From NCBI RefSeq assembly GCF_032191835.1, contig NC_083224.1:190774001-190838000 (forward strand): a DNA stretch of 64,000 bases, written 5' to 3'. Of the stretch, positions 28,357 to 40,151 are shown piece by piece. Every line of letters starts with the position of its first letter. Position 1 is the stretch's first letter. This DNA comes from Heteronotia binoei. Lineage: Eukaryota. Both the position numbers and the translations under genes were made by a program. The notes below the pieces were generated by a model that saw only the letters and a list, made by a program, of their open reading frames with translations, had not been told where the DNA came from and searched no databases.

Positions 28357-28706
28357 CAATGTTCCCTCTAAGCTGCAGAGCCTTGTGAGCAAAAATTCTA
28401 CTTTGTGAGCTACTGAAATAAAAGTTGTGAGCTCCTGCACCAATTACTGTGCTCTGGGGTCCTCCTTCCTGAGCTCAGACCAAAATGTGTGAGCCGGAAG
28501 CTAAACGCCTGTGAGCGGGCACCCCCTGACTCAGCCGAGAGGGACGCTGGTGGTGGAGCCCCGCTTTGAGTGAGGCTGGGAGGAAGTGCGGGGGAAGCAG
28601 CTGCGCGGAGGGGGGAGAATTTTTGTTCACAAGACTCTGCAGCTTAGAGGGAGTATTGCTTGTGACCAGTGTTGCCTCTAAGCAGAGTTAGTGTGAGCCC
28701 GCTCAC
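28357..28706. mobile_element. Cluster of CAGTGTTCCCTCT-family hAT MITE pieces upstream of SLC35E1
   Basis: One near-complete copy at 28357-28549 and termini at 28615-28658 and 28668-28706. Confidence 0.65.
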
Positions 28707-28799
28707 AGGGGGGAGGTGATTTTTTGCAGTCAGGTCTCCTCTTTTGAAACAGGGCACTCGCCACTTAGATAGAACAGGGGCAGGGCATTCAACCGAGCT

Positions 28800-29550
28800 T
28801 TCAGGGCACAGTGATCTGACCATGGCGCAGGAGAGGCGAGGCCGCCTTCATGCCCCTTCCCTGAGGACTCCGCGCCTCACAGCCCAGCCCTCCCTCCCAG
28901 AGCGGCCCTCCGGGGCTTCCGTAGCCCACCCGGGCATCGGCTTCCTGTCGGCGGGCGGAAGTGACGTGAGAAGCGCGCGCCTGCCTGCCCGTCCGTGAGG
29001 GTGACGCGCGCGTTCCTGGCCCAGCGGCATCCGGAGGAGGAGACGCGGCGGCGTGTGCGGTCGGGATGTCGTCTGCGGGGCCGCCCCCGCCCTCCTCCTC
29101 CCCCTCGGCCGCCCCTCCCCAGCCGGCCGCCCCCCTCCTCCTGCCCCCCCCGCCTTCCTCCTCCCCCTCCTCGGCGGGGGCGCGCGGGGGGGGCGCTCTC
29201 CCGCTGCGCGTGCCTGCGCTGTGCCTGGCCTGGTACGCGCTCAGCGCGGGGGGGAACGTGGTCAACAAGGTGCTGCTGGGCGCGTTCCCGCGGCCCGTGA
29301 CCGTCTCGCTGTGCCACGTACTGGGCCTGGTGGCGCTCCTGCCCCCCCTTCTGCGCGCCTGGCGCGTCCCCGCCGCAGGCCCCGCCCAGCTGCCCCCCCG
29401 CGCCTACCCCCGCCTCATTCTCCCCCTCGCCTTCGGCAAGTACCTCGCCTCCGTCTCCGCCCACGTCTCCCTTTGGCGCGTCCCCGTCTCCTACGCCCAC
29501 ACCGGTGAGAGGGGAGATGGGGTGGAAGGGTGGAATCCCCCCCCCCGGCC
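28800..29550 (+). promoter_or_regulatory. SLC35E1 CpG-island promoter with ETS-CRE composite site
   Basis: CGGAAGTGACGT at 28956-28967. Confidence 0.75.
29066..29504 (+). CDS. SLC35E1: SLC35E1 exon 1
   Basis: MSSAGPPPP...RVPVSYAHT, phase-1 donor GTGAGA. Confidence 0.93.
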
Positions 29551-32500
29551 CTCCAGGGATCACCAGAGCAGAATCTCTGGGAGAGAGGGGGTGGCTGCCC
29601 CCCCCAGGCAGAGGAAGGAAGGAAAGGCATCCCTCCGGCTCTCCAGGGGCCCTCAGAGCAGAATCTCGGAGAGGAAGGGAGGGTTGGAACCCCCCTCACC
29701 CGGCAGAGAAGGGACCTCCCCCAGCCCCCCAGCAGAGAAGCCTCAGAGGGAGGGGGTGGCTGCTCCCCCAGGCAGAGAAGGGAACCCCCCTCCTCCAGCC
29801 CTCCAGGGGCCCCCAGAGGAGAACCTTCAGAGAGAGCGGGGAGGGGAGGGGTGGCTGCTCCCCCCAGCAGGCAGAGGAAGGAAGGAAGCCCCCAGTGGCC
29901 CCCAGAGGAGAACCTTCAGAACCTTCTCTAAGCCCGTCCCTCCTTCCCCTTTCAGTGAAGGCTACTATGCCAATCTGGGTGGTTCTGCTGTCAAGAATCA
30001 TCATGAAGGAAAAACAGACGACGAAGGTAAGAGGAGAACTGCTCTCTCCTCCTTCCAGAAGGGCGAAGAAGCCTTTGGGGGATCCTGCTGACTCCCACGC
30101 CTGCTTGAGGAGCTGTCACTCAAAGAGTCGTCTTCTTCTCCCTCTTGCAGGTGTATTTATCCCTCATCCCCATCATTGGTGGAGTCCTGCTGGCCACAGT
30201 CACAGAGCTGTCATTTGACACGTGGGGACTCGTGAGTGCGCTTGCTGCAACTCTCTGTTTCTCTCTTCAGAACATTTTCTCTAAGAAGGTATCTCTCACA
30301 TCTCAGCCTCTTCTGGGTGTCTCGCTGTGCCAGTTCGGGGCAAGGATTTCACTCGGGGTGTTCCCCAGCTCAGGACTTGTCACTTGGCTTCCTGTGTACG
30401 TGGAAGATGGGTGGAGGCATAAAATTCTGGGAATTGGGAGTCCAAAATACCAAGAACAAAATCCACACGTAGGACCAACTGAATTGACACAAAACATGGT
30501 GCATGCTTTTAAACTTGCAGGCTGCTTGTTATAAATGTTTAAAAGAGAGTTTTCTGGGGAGCAGACTCTTCAGGCCGTAATTTTACAATATGATTTATTT
30601 ATTTAGTGAATTTATATTCCGCCCTTTCCCATAATGGGCTCATGGCGGATCACAACATAGATTAGACAATAAAAAACAACAAGTCAGATTTAAAACAATA
30701 TAATAAAACCAAACAGCGGATGATCTTGCAAGCATATTGTATGAAATATATAAGGGAACAAAGTTGTATTTCTGATAGTCTAACAGTTCTTGTTTTGAGA
30801 CTTTGCATGGACCAATATAGCCCTTCGCAACTTTTTTCCTGCTTAGGAGTTCTGAAGCCCTGGGTGGGAGGAGATGTGTAATCCTCCCCCCCCCCCCCCC
30901 CGAAAAAAAAGAAAAATTCAAAACTTTTATATCAAATTTAAATGTATTTTGCTGTTTTAACAATATAAATAACAATGTAAAAATGTATCACTTATAGCGT
31001 AGCATATACTGTTTTCTACATGACATACTGAAGACATTTGAGAGCATTTGATTTTCCTGTAAACAAAACTGCAAATATATCCAACATAAGAGAAAGCTAA
31101 AGCTGCACCCTCAGCCATCTTTGCCCATGTATCTTCGTTCTTGTCATCTGAGAAACAGGAAGAAATATTTTAAAAGAATAAGCTTTGAACTGAAGCCGTC
31201 TGGCAGTCACAACAGTTCTTTGTAGTTAAACTTTATAATACTGGAAGCCATCGAGATATTCAACAGGGTATTATTATCTGGTATGTGGTTGTATTAATTG
31301 TGAACAAAACTAATCACATTTGCACAACAAATATGTCCTTTAAAATATTGCAATTTCTGCTGAGCACATGAATTACTCTCTAATATTGCACAGCTTTGCA
31401 GAATACATTTTAAGTGACACTAGTCTTTTTTTGTAAAAAAAATCATTTCACTCATTTCAAAGAAAAATATTTCCTAGGAAACTTTTTTCCCTGCACTTTC
31501 CAAAGTTTTCATTCGAAAATTTCATTTTTCATTGGAAAAACTGAAACAAACCCTTGAGGGAGAAAACAGGTCCCTCTTCCCTTTCCCTGTATTCTTTGGG
31601 GAGTTCTTCCTTAGACCTTCACCTCTCTGAAGGGCGGGGGGGGGGGCGGGGCTTGCCACTTAGGAAGTCTCATGGCCTGTCTGAAGGTGGCTTTGCAGAA
31701 GGGAAACTGAAGCCAGGAGGCAGCTTTTTAGCTCATTCTTCCCTGTTCAGCTCTTTCACCTCTGGAAAGTAGGAGCAGGAGAGTGTTTGATTTCTTGTCA
31801 GAATGCTTGTGCGGGGTGTGGGGGGGGGGAGACCAGCCAGTTCTTCAAAAGGGGTCTGCTGCTGTCATCCCCTGCTCCTCCTTTTCAGGTGCTGAGAGAC
31901 TCGCGAATACACCATCTCCGGCTGTTGAACATCCTTGGGTGCCATGCTGTGTTCTTTATGATCCCGACGTGGGTCCTGGTGGATCTTTCTTCCTTCCTTG
32001 TAGAGAATGACCTGGTAAGTCTGAAGGCAGCTCTGCAGCGGGACTTGTGGCCCCTCAGCCCTGCCTGGGCGCTTCTGCTGGAGCTCTGCTGCCTGCACAG
32101 AGTTTGGCTGCTTGTTCTGACTTGCTGCAGCCTGTGGTCCTTCTGCCTTGTGGCTTCTGGTGAAAGCTGGCCCTGAGCCCAACTCTTGGGTAGCTGGATT
32201 CTAAGTCATTGACAGACAGCAGAATATGCAGAGCTGTTGGCCAAAAGGAAAGCACTGCAGTTCTTTAAAATCCAAGTGCAGATGTGAGGGACAAAGGGCT
32301 GCATGAGGCAGGCTCAGCTGCTGTGACCTTGTGTGCCCCCACCCCCAAGATTTCTCTTTTTTGCCTCTTGGGAATTCTGGGGGAAAGGCTGCTACAGAGT
32401 TACATTTGTTTTGCTTACGTATTTGTACTCTGAAGGGACCCAAAGTGACTGACAACAACAAGAAGAAGAAAGAATAAAATACAGCTAAAGCAACCGACAG

Positions 32501-35500
32501 TCTGGCTGGCCATACGCAGGCTTTATACTTGCACCAGGAAGCAAAAACCAAACCCTCCGAGATGTTAGAATTGGCAGAGATCTTCTCCCCAGCTTGCTGC
32601 TCTTTTCTTTTCAGAATGGTGGGGAAAGAGCAACCAACAGAAGTATTGTGGCATTCTTGAAACAGGCCTCTGTAGGCTTGAGCTCATTGCTACACAGATT
32701 AATCCAATTTTCTCACTAGAATAATGATCAGAACGCATTATAAAGCAAGGATTTAAAGTTGCCTTGTTAAATCCCACGCTAAATGATTGATAGTTCACTG
32801 CCTGGATTGTGAAACAAGAGGCTTGGCGCTGGAAGAGTCTTGGAGAAACTGCAACAGAAATGGAGTAGTATCTTGAGGGATTTGGTCCAGGCCAGAAGCC
32901 TGCCTGCCTCAGTGCTTCTGCTGGTTCCTCTTCGGTGCTTCCTGCTGGTGTCAAATTTCTCCTTCAAGGGAAACCATCTGATGGATTTGTGTACGAGAGG
33001 GGGTGTTTCTTATTTTCTTTGGTCTTTGTGCAAGAACTTTTTTACTCTTTATGCAAACCTTCGGTTGCCTGAAATACATAAAGCTTGACATGGAAAGTTA
33101 GATGCAGAATCTAGTGAAATAGAGGAAAAATAAACTTAAGTTATGCTGCCATTCTGAAGAGTAATTATTTGTTGAGATTAAGTATAATAGAAATAAATAT
33201 AAGTACCATAAAATAAATAATAGAAATAAATCCCAGGGTGCAGCAGTTTGCAGCTCCATCTCCGACATGGCGAAACCTGTAAGGATTGTTTGAACAGGCA
33301 CTCATGCTTAACAGTAGTATAAATATCACACTGAACAAGTTATGTATGTGAACTTTTTTAAAGCAGTACAGCAAATTTGATAAGAAACTGAGCACTGCAT
33401 GTATTTCAGTGTTTGCCAAGCTTCCTGGTTTTGTGGGTTTTCCCCTGGAATTGTTTTAAAGAATTGCTTTAAAATGTTCAGGTTACATTTCTGGGCTCTA
33501 GAGGAGTTGAGGTTGAGGTGGCTTTGGAAAGACTACCCAAGTTTGTTGATGAGGGCAGACTGGGATGGAGAACAGACAGAGGAAGGGGAGGGGGAATTGT
33601 GGAGGGAGGAGAGTCCACTCTGGTGGAGCAGGAAAGGATGCTGTGCTCTGTTGCATGTGGGGCGGAGGAGGCTGAAACTGAGGGAGGGGTGCAAGGGAAA
33701 GGGGAGGTGTCCTGACCGACCGGGGGATACAAAGTTACAGTCCCATGCAGGAGAGCTAGCCAGCAAGCCGTGCCTTTCTTCCTGTAAGAAGGCCAGGCAG
33801 CAGGCCTGCTGGTTCCCCCCAAGGAGGGGCTAGGCAGCTGAGGACATGACTGGCCCAAGGTCACCCGCTGAGGTGCTTTGACCTCGCCTCTCCCCCGGCT
33901 GAGGCGCAGCTGCCTGATGTCTGCTTTCTTCTGGCTCTCCCTGGCAGAGTTCTGTGGCCCACTGGCCATGGACCATCCTCCTGCTGGCTATCAGCGGCTT
34001 CTGCAACTTTGCCCAGAACGTCATTGCCTTCAGCATCTTGAACCTCATCAGCCCCCTGAGCTACTCTGTCGCCAATGCCACCAAGAGGATCACAGTCATC
34101 ACCGTCTCCCTGATCATGCTGCGCAACCCGGTGACCACCACCAATGTGCTGGGCATGATGACAGCCATCCTGGGCGTCTTCTTGTACAACAAGGTATGGG
34201 TGCAGCGGGGGGGAGTGGCCGTCTTTCTCATGGAGGGACCCGGGCCCCCCTTTGCTGCAGCTGGGGGCTGGGATGTGGGTCTGCAGTCCCTCCCCCTCTG
34301 GCCAGGAAGAGTGGCAGCTGCTCCCCACTGGGACTGGATCCCTGGAGAGCCAGTTTGGTGTAGCAGTTAAGTGTGCGGACTCTTCTCTGGGAGAACCGGG
34401 TTTGATTCCCCACTCCTCCACTTGCACCTGCTGGAATGGCCTTGGGTCAGCCATAGCTCTGGCAGAGGTTGTCCTTGAAAGGGCAGCTGCTGTGAGAGCA
34501 CTCTCTCAGACCCACCTGCCTCACAGGGTGTCTGTTGTGGGGGAGGAAGGGGAAGGAGATTGTAGGCTGCTCTGGGACTCTGTCCTTGAAAGTGCAGCTT
34601 CTGGGAGAGCTCTCTCAGCCCCACCTGCTATGGCCTTGGGTCAGCCATAGCTCTGGCAGAGGTTGTCCTTGAAAGGGCAGCTGCTATGAGAGCCCTCTCA
34701 GCCCCACCCACCTTACAGGGTGTCTGTTGTGGGAAGGAAGGGGAAGGAGATTGTAGGCCACTCTGAGACTCTGTCCTTGAAAGGGCAGCTTCTGGGAGAG
34801 CTCTCTCAGTCCCACCCACCTCACAGGGTGTCTGTTGTGTGGGAGGAAGGGAAAGGAGATTGTAGGCCGCTCTGAGACTCTGTCCTTGAAAGGGCAGCTT
34901 CTGGGATAGCTCTCTCAGCCCCACCCACCTCACAGGGTGTCTGTTGTGGGGGAGGAAGGGAATGGAGATTGTAGGCCGCTCTGAGACTCTGTCCTTGAAA
35001 GGGCAGCTTCTGGGAGAGCTCTCTCAGCCCCACCCACCTCACAGGGTGTCTGTTGTGGGGGAGGAAGGGAAAGGAGATTGTGAGCCACTCTGAGACTCTT
35101 CGGAGTGGAGGGCAGGATATAAATCCAATATCTTCTTCTTCTTTTCTTCTTTCCCGCTTCCTGCCCTGAAACACAGAGCACTTCCTGGGTTGTCTGGGAT
35201 CCCCGAGTGGCCGGAGGGATGCAGCAGTCCCGGAGAAGGGGCGGGCCCTTTGCCTTTTCCTGGGAATGACAGCACATTAATCTGCACCTAGAAACACTCT
35301 GAGCTGTGACATGCATTCGTGTCTCCCTGTCTCTGAGCGTGCTGTAGGCCTGAGTCCAGGCAGGCAGAATCCAAGGGAAACCCCCCCCCCTCACATACAC
35401 GCACACTCCTCCTTTTCATCTGTGTAGTCCTTCCCACGCCACACAACGCATTGGTGGACATATGAAACTGCCCTGTAGAGAATCAGACTGTTAGTAATGT

Positions 35501-36430
35501 CTCCTCAGACCAGCAGTGGGTTGCCACAGCCCCACCCATCTTCTGTAAATGCCACCTGTTGAGTCCTTCTAGCGCAAGGGTGGCCAAAATTGCTTAACAT
35601 AAGTGCCACGTAGAATAAATGTCAGATGTTTGAGAGCCACAAGACATGAATGTCCGATGGGTGAGAGCCATAAGGAAGGCAAAAAGATGGGGAGGGAGAG
35701 ATGGAAAGAAAGCAACTTTAAATGCATTCTCCAAGCCGCTGGCTGGCTTGACTTGGAGAAGTGATTTAAAGAGAGAAATGCCTTCTTCAAGCCGGGCTGT
35801 GGGGGCTCAAGAGCCACACAATGTGTGTGAAAGAGCCACATGTGGCTCCCTAGGCACAGTTTGGCCACTGCTGTTCTAGCGCAATATCATCTCCTCTGAA
35901 GAGCAGCAGTTCTCCCAGGCAGAGAAGAGCCATTCCAGCACCTGATGCCAGAAGCCCCTTTCACTGGAGATGCTGGGGCTTGAACCGGGGGCCACATCCC
36001 TCCCTCCCATGCAGAAGCATTCTCCTTAATCTGTATTCCCCTTGCAAAGTCATCCTCCTGCAAAGGCTCCAAGCTGCTCTGTTTGGCATCTCTGTTCACC
36101 CCGTCCAGCGATTGGCAGAGGCGAATGATGCTGGGAGATGCAGCCTTCTTTGAGAGATGCTAGTCATGTGCTCTCTCTCTCCCTCTCCTTCTGTAGACCA
36201 AGTATGATGCAAACCAGGAAGCAAAGAAGCACTTTCTTCCGATGACAACGGGGGACCTGGTGAACCTGGAGCGTCACCGGAGCATGCCTGAGAAGTCTCA
36301 GAATGGACTTGCCTCCTTCACGCAACGCGGGGACTTTCAATACGGCAGGAGCAATGTTCTAACTGATCACTTCCAGTACAGCCGGCAGAACTATCCAACT
36401 GTTTACAGCTCCAGCCGGTATGACATATAG
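29066..36430 (+). CDS. SLC35E1: Solute carrier family 35 member E1 (nucleotide-sugar/TPT-like transporter), 417 aa; join(29066..29504,29956..30026,30151..30288,31889..32014,33948..34193,36197..36430)
   Basis: Motifs [82 protein letters not shown]. Exons total 1254 nt with consistent phases. Confidence 0.97.
29956..30026 (+). CDS. SLC35E1: SLC35E1 exon 2
   Basis: [24 protein letters not shown], donor GTAAGA. Confidence 0.96.
30151..30288 (+). CDS. SLC35E1: SLC35E1 exon 3
   Basis: [11 protein letters not shown]...QNIFSKK, donor GTATCT. Confidence 0.96.
31889..32014 (+). CDS. SLC35E1: SLC35E1 exon 4
   Basis: [17 protein letters not shown]...FLVENDL, donor GTAAGT. Confidence 0.96.
33948..34193 (+). 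CDS. SLC35E1: SLC35E1 exon 5
   Basis: [13 protein letters not shown]...GVFLYNK, donor GTATGG. Confidence 0.95.
34345..35150 (+). mobile_element. Squam3 SINE with a 109-bp internal tandem array
   Basis: tccttgaa at 34773, 34882 and 34991 (109-bp period), (TCT)n tail. Confidence 0.88.
35575..35873. mobile_element. hAT (Charlie-like) MITE
   Basis: TIRs caagggtggccaaa / tttggccactgctg with perfect 8-bp TSD TTCTAGCG. Confidence 0.85.
36197..36430 (+). CDS. SLC35E1: SLC35E1 exon 6 (terminal)
   Basis: [11 protein letters not shown]...SSSRYDI*. Confidence 0.95.
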   Translation, partial: TKYDANQEAKKHFLPMTTGDLVNLERHRSMPEKSQNGLASFTQRGDFQYGRSNVLTDHFQYSRQNYPTVYSSSRYDI

Positions 36431-39400
36431 TGGGGCAACCTGGCCCAGACAGTTGACACCGGGCTCCCTGCAGCGCGCCTGCTGGGGCTGCCAAGGGACA
36501 TTTTGGTGCTCGTGTTGTGCAGAGAGGAAGGTCCCTGTGCTGGAAGACTGGTGGAGGAGGGGCCTCTTCCCTCTGCAGCGGAGGCTGCTCTTCCCCAGGC
36601 AGTTTGGCAACAGAAACCAGATGCTGCTGCTGCTGCTACAGCACATTATGTGGGGCTGGCAAAGAAAGCGAGTGCCCCAGTCGTCTTCTCTCCGTAGCTG
36701 CTGTGCCCCGAACCTCTAGATAGCCGAGCGCAGCGGCTGTGTGGCCAGTATTTCATCTTGCAACCTCCCCACTGGATTTGCACGTTGCCCTTCTGTTTTG
36801 TTCAGAAGCTGCTTTCAGAGTGTCGTGTGCAGAGAGCAGCACTCCTTGTCCCTTCTTCTGTGGAGCTTCTTGACAGAGAGGAGCAGTGAGAGTGGGTGGC
36901 ACCTACAAGGCGGGGTGGGGGTGGGGCATGTGCGTGTATGTGAGTAGCTGTCTGTGTCGTCCTCTGGCTCACGCAACTTCGCAAGGGGGTTCCGCGAGGG
37001 ACCTTTGATACTTTCCATTCAGTGTTGGTTCAGGCCTGTGAGAGACAACAGTAGTGAGTTCAAAAGAATCATGTCCCAGAAGGGTTTGCGGTCATTAATG
37101 TGTGATGTGGACCTCAGAGGCTTCTGGTAGTTCTCTTCCCATTTAAATCATGAGATCCAGCAACTTTTTCAATGACTTCCTAGGTAATAAGTCACTCCTC
37201 ATTAAAGATGTACATTTGGAACAATGCTTGCTTAAACATAAAGACTGCTGTTAACATTTGGCAAGGGTGGAGACCTGAGACACCGGGTATTTCCTGGATT
37301 TCCCCCCATTTTACAGGAAGTTGTGTGTGTAGGTGTGTTTTGAATTGCTTTGTCATTATAGTTTGCTACAGAACTTTGTCATCTGTATTATAACAGGCTT
37401 ATTCAGTTTGAGCATCTGCTGCTCTTGGCAGTTTTCTCTTCCTTGGCATATCTTGCTGTTTTCTACTCCTCACCTGGCCCAGAGTTCCACTTTGGGAGTT
37501 GGAGTGACCAGCCATTATAGGGCAGTGTTGTGAATTTAAGTCCAAATCAGTTTTTGTGTTTGCTCTGCCCCTGTAGGGTCTCCTTGTTTTCTGAGTTTGC
37601 CCAGGTGAGGAAGGGAGCTCTGACTTCCAGGCGGCTGAAAGCAGATGCCTTGAGAGGCCTTCGAAAAATATTCTGCCTCTATTCTCCTCCCCACCCCCCC
37701 TCAACACACACACAGATCTTCTGGAGACAAGGGTCCTTGGGAATTCAGCTGGACAGATTTGAGCTCTCCCCTCTGTGTGTGTTTCACCTGGAAGCCATAC
37801 TGAAGCCTTCTTCAGCAGAGAGGAGGAAATTCATTCTGTGACAGGCTGCTCTTGAGAGAGATTCCATGGCCCTGTTAGCTCAAGGGAACACTCTGGGGCG
37901 TCTCTAATTTCCCATCCTCTCTGGCTGCGTTTATGTTTCTTCCACTGTGGTTGCTAGCACTCCATCCGTCCCCTCCCAGATTCTAGCACAGATGCGTTCT
38001 GCATCGTGAGCGTTGCCCTGGCTGGAAGAGGGCGAAATGGGACCGGAGATGCTTGTAGAAAAGGTTGGCATCATTTAATATTTTTTTTCCCTTTATCAAG
38101 GGTGAGGTGAAGCCTTCTCCTGCATGCAGGTGGTGGCCTTAATCCTGTCTCTTCCCCCATCAAAGCAGAAAGATGCTGAGGAAGACTGTCCTGAGTTGGG
38201 GTTCTTATTTGCCAGCCTGGAGAGGGCGGGAGCTGTGGCCTCCTGCATGAGCTGGACCCCGATGCTCCCTCGTTGTCCATCTCTCCCGTGCCAGAGGTGA
38301 CTGGAGCTGGATGTGACCTTTGGGCTTAAAACCATAGCAGGCTAGTAGAGGCCATTGTGCTGATCCTGCAGTTCCCATTTCTTTGCCATCTTTACTCTTT
38401 CCTGTTTTCTTCTTTTTGCAAATCTGCTTCCAGTTGTGGTGGTTTGGAGCTGAGGAGGCTGTGGGGGGGATGACGAGTGTTTGGAAGAGCAGGGGGGGAG
38501 GGGTGGTATTTCCCCAGCTGCCCCCAGAGATCTGCCAGTGTCTTTCCGTGGCTCGTTTCAAAACCAAACTTGAGCCGTGCCCGTTCCCTGGGCGTGTGGT
38601 TTCGGTAGCCAGGGACCGCACTGTTGCTTGGGAGGTAGGAGGGCTCTGAACTTTGTCTTCTGAAGCAGTGTTTGTGTGTGAGGGGGGGTGCCATCTGTTT
38701 AGGCAAAAAGCTTGATCCCTGGTGGGAAGCCACCATCTCTGTCCACTCCCCCCCCCCACTCCCGGGCCAGCAGAGCAGGGTCTCTTTTCAGAATCCGGGG
38801 GGACATGTCAGGTGCTCAGCTTCATCTAGACCTGCTTCAGCCGACGGACAAGCTAATGGGGTGAGCAGTTGGGTTCCACCTGCTCCTCTACACCTTTTCA
38901 CTGAACAGTCTTGTGTGTTGCTGTGTATTGAGAGCTGAATGTCTTCAAAATGTGTGCAGCTGAGAAACCAAATGGATGTGTGGAACAAAAGAGCGGCATT
39001 TTAAAAAGGTGCAAAACCTCCCTGCCTTGTGTCTGAGGGACAGCCGGGCACGGGGTGGGTTCCAGGGCTGCTTCTCGCCTGACCCTTGCAAGTCCCTGAC
39101 TTTTTAAGATGCCGAAGTTTCTTGCAGGAGTGAATGGACTGTGGGTGTTTTCCAAGGCACTTATTGCTGCTCTGTTGCTGTGGGCTCCTGGCTTGGCCCC
39201 AGCCTTGCCCTGGTGAGAGGCAAAGGCCAGGATGGCCCTGTTGTGTGAATCCACGTTTGTGACAACTTCTGGTAGGGATGAAGATGGTCTGGGAAGGCAT
39301 GGTAATACTGAGGCATGCTGAGAGAACCGGGGCGGGGGGCGGCGTGTTAAGGACCCATTAAAGTAGGCTCTTGGAGGAAAAATAAGAATCAGATGATCCA

Positions 39401-39968
39401 TGCAGAACTTAGATGGGAGTGGGGGGGTTGCTTTATTCCATGGATCCACTGAAGGCATGGAGTGGAAGTGACCATTGTGGCGGGGGGAGGGGAGAGACCA
39501 ACTGTCAGGTGGGGGTTTCATAAAGGTGAGGTTCCGGTTGCACACGGAGACCCTTCAGCTAGCACTCTGGTCCATCCATCTGCGCCCACCAATGGGATCT
39601 TTCCAAAGAGAAGGGGGGTGCTAATCTCTGGGAGCTTGGAGGGGCAGCGTCTCTCTAAATGGTTTGCAAATTACATCTCCTTGAGCTGGGTGTGGATGTC
39701 AGCGAAGGCGCCTCCTGTCCCAAGTCGGGGGCCCTTTTCAGTGTACAGCAATTGGGGGGGGGGGTTAAAGCCCAGGTGGGTAGTCGTGTCAGTCTGCAGG
39801 AACTGAACAAAGCAGGTGTCCAGAGGCACCGCTGAAGTTAACAAGAGGTGTGTTTCCTAGTTGGGAAGAAGGTGCCACTGAACTCTTGTTTTTGTTTCAA
39901 GACAGCAAACTTCAAATTGGGTAACAGAAAAGGGTTTGAAATTATGCTTTTTAAATATTGAAAATGTA

Positions 39969-39974
39969 AATAAA
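39969..39974 (+). terminator. Candidate distal SLC35E1 poly(A) signal (a proximal ATTAAA lies at 37201-37206)
   Basis: AATAAA 3.5 kb past the stop, just before a CR1 insertion. Confidence 0.4.
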
Positions 39975-40151
39975 GCAGAATCCTGTAAAATGAGAGTCTG
40001 TCTTGGTTGAGTTGCTTTGAAAAGGGGCTTTAATCCTGGTTAGAGATTCTGGAAATTTTGAAACCACAGGAAAGATACTGTTTTCTGGGGGGTGATGGAA
40101 ACGTTTGGGGGGGGGGGGGGGAGAATGAAAAATGTGCAATTCATACAAAAT

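Noticed and set aside
29505-30091. 341-aa ORF reading through SLC35E1 intron 1
   Set aside because: The intron is 451 nt (not divisible by 3) and made of GC-rich imperfect repeats. Read-through loses the conserved frame of exon 2.
30289-30296. Possible U12-type donor GTATCTCT in SLC35E1 intron 3
   Set aside because: It deviates from RTATCCTT, and there is no TTCCTTRAY branch site near the acceptor, so I treat it as a weak U2 intron.
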